From the NCBI GenBank assembly GCA_964270895.1, contig OZ185443.1: a stretch of 64,000 nucleotides of DNA. The stretch is one strand, 5' to 3'. Both the position numbers and the translations under genes were made by a program. The first letter of the stretch is position 1, and every line of letters starts with the position of its first letter. The notes under the pieces were generated by a model. That model was not told the DNA's origin. It searched no databases and saw only the letters and a program-made list of their open reading frames with translations. This DNA comes from Podarcis filfolensis (taxonomy: Eukaryota). Positions 63,447 through 64,000 of the stretch are shown in pieces.

Positions 63447-63562
63447 AAAAGCGAGAATGTGTGTTTATGGGAAAGATAACTGGAAGCTAGAGAGCGATGG
63501 CTGTGTTTGGACTGATTTCAGACTATACGATGCATAAACTTAAAGACTGCTGGTGCCCACTG
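63447..63562 (+). CDS. Candidate exon containing a start codon (MAVFGLISDYTMHKLKDCWCPL...)
   Basis: Strong acceptor gtttatttcttttag|, consensus donor CTG|gtaagt, ATG at 63497 in gagcgATGG context with an in-frame stop upstream; protein not recognised. Confidence 0.25.
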
Positions 63563-63861
63563 GTAAGTAAAAAATGATAGTCCTATTACAGTGTAATCTT
63601 TTTTTCAAACGGTTCCAAGATAGAGATGGTTTGAAAGGACAAACGCTCGACAACTTCAAGCGAAATGTGAAAAGGCATGGAACAAAACCATCCGTGAAAT
63701 CTTACACTCTTTTAAGGATGGCGTGTGTGCTGGGTATTTTTTATTTTATTTTAAGTAAGGAGAAAGAGAAACAGTTGCCAGAAAAGCTGATCAAAACATT
63801 CTTTTAAGGACAGGAAAGAAAACGCACAATTCTTTCAATATTCTTTCCATACTCAAATGCT

Positions 63862-63887
63862 TGTGTGTGTGTGTGTGTGTGTGTGTG
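63862..63887. repeat. (TG)n microsatellite
   Basis: Directly visible. Confidence 0.97.
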
Positions 63888-64000
63888 TAAGTAATAACAC
63901 TTAAGGTTCAGTAAAAGTTTTTGGGAAAGTGTTTTCAGTAAGGCTGACAGGAGGGATAGATTTACAGAGTACTGTCCTGTGTTGGTCATATTCAGACTTG

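Noticed and set aside
1-64000. CRISPR arrays, operons, rRNA or prokaryotic systems
   Set aside because: Sequence is eukaryotic repeat-rich DNA; recurring motifs are dispersed MITE/SINE copies, not regularly spaced repeat-spacer units

Overview
Vertebrate genomic DNA, almost certainly from a squamate reptile and most likely a lacertid lizard. This is an inference from the repeats: Sauria SINEs with (ACCTTT)n tails, Anolis-SINE2/Squam2-like and MIR-derived Squam3-like SINEs, and squamate-type L1, L2 and CR1 3' fragments. The window reads as intergenic or large-intron DNA with many transposable elements and one 148-N assembly gap. I could not recognise any host protein-coding gene, functional RNA gene or CRISPR array. 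Most ORF-track entries are chance ORFs, microsatellite read-throughs or TE remnants. Well-supported features: 6 Sauria SINEs, many hAT MITEs with 8-bp TSDs, Tc1/pogo MITEs with TA TSDs, an internally deleted IR/DR Tc1 that keeps its transposase C-terminus, L1/L2/CR1 fragments and a solo LTR. Most unusual: (i) a ~1.25 kb GC-rich LTR/YR-retrotransposon-like element at 59.3-60.5 kb with inverted AATAAA-bearing ends and a 47-bp internal direct repeat; (ii) a ~300-codon minus-strand frame with a single stop at 54.2-55.2 kb; (iii) the Tc1 relic, a possible horizontal-transfer candidate. Candidate exons are listed at low confidence only. Coordinates were read by eye and may be off by a few bases.
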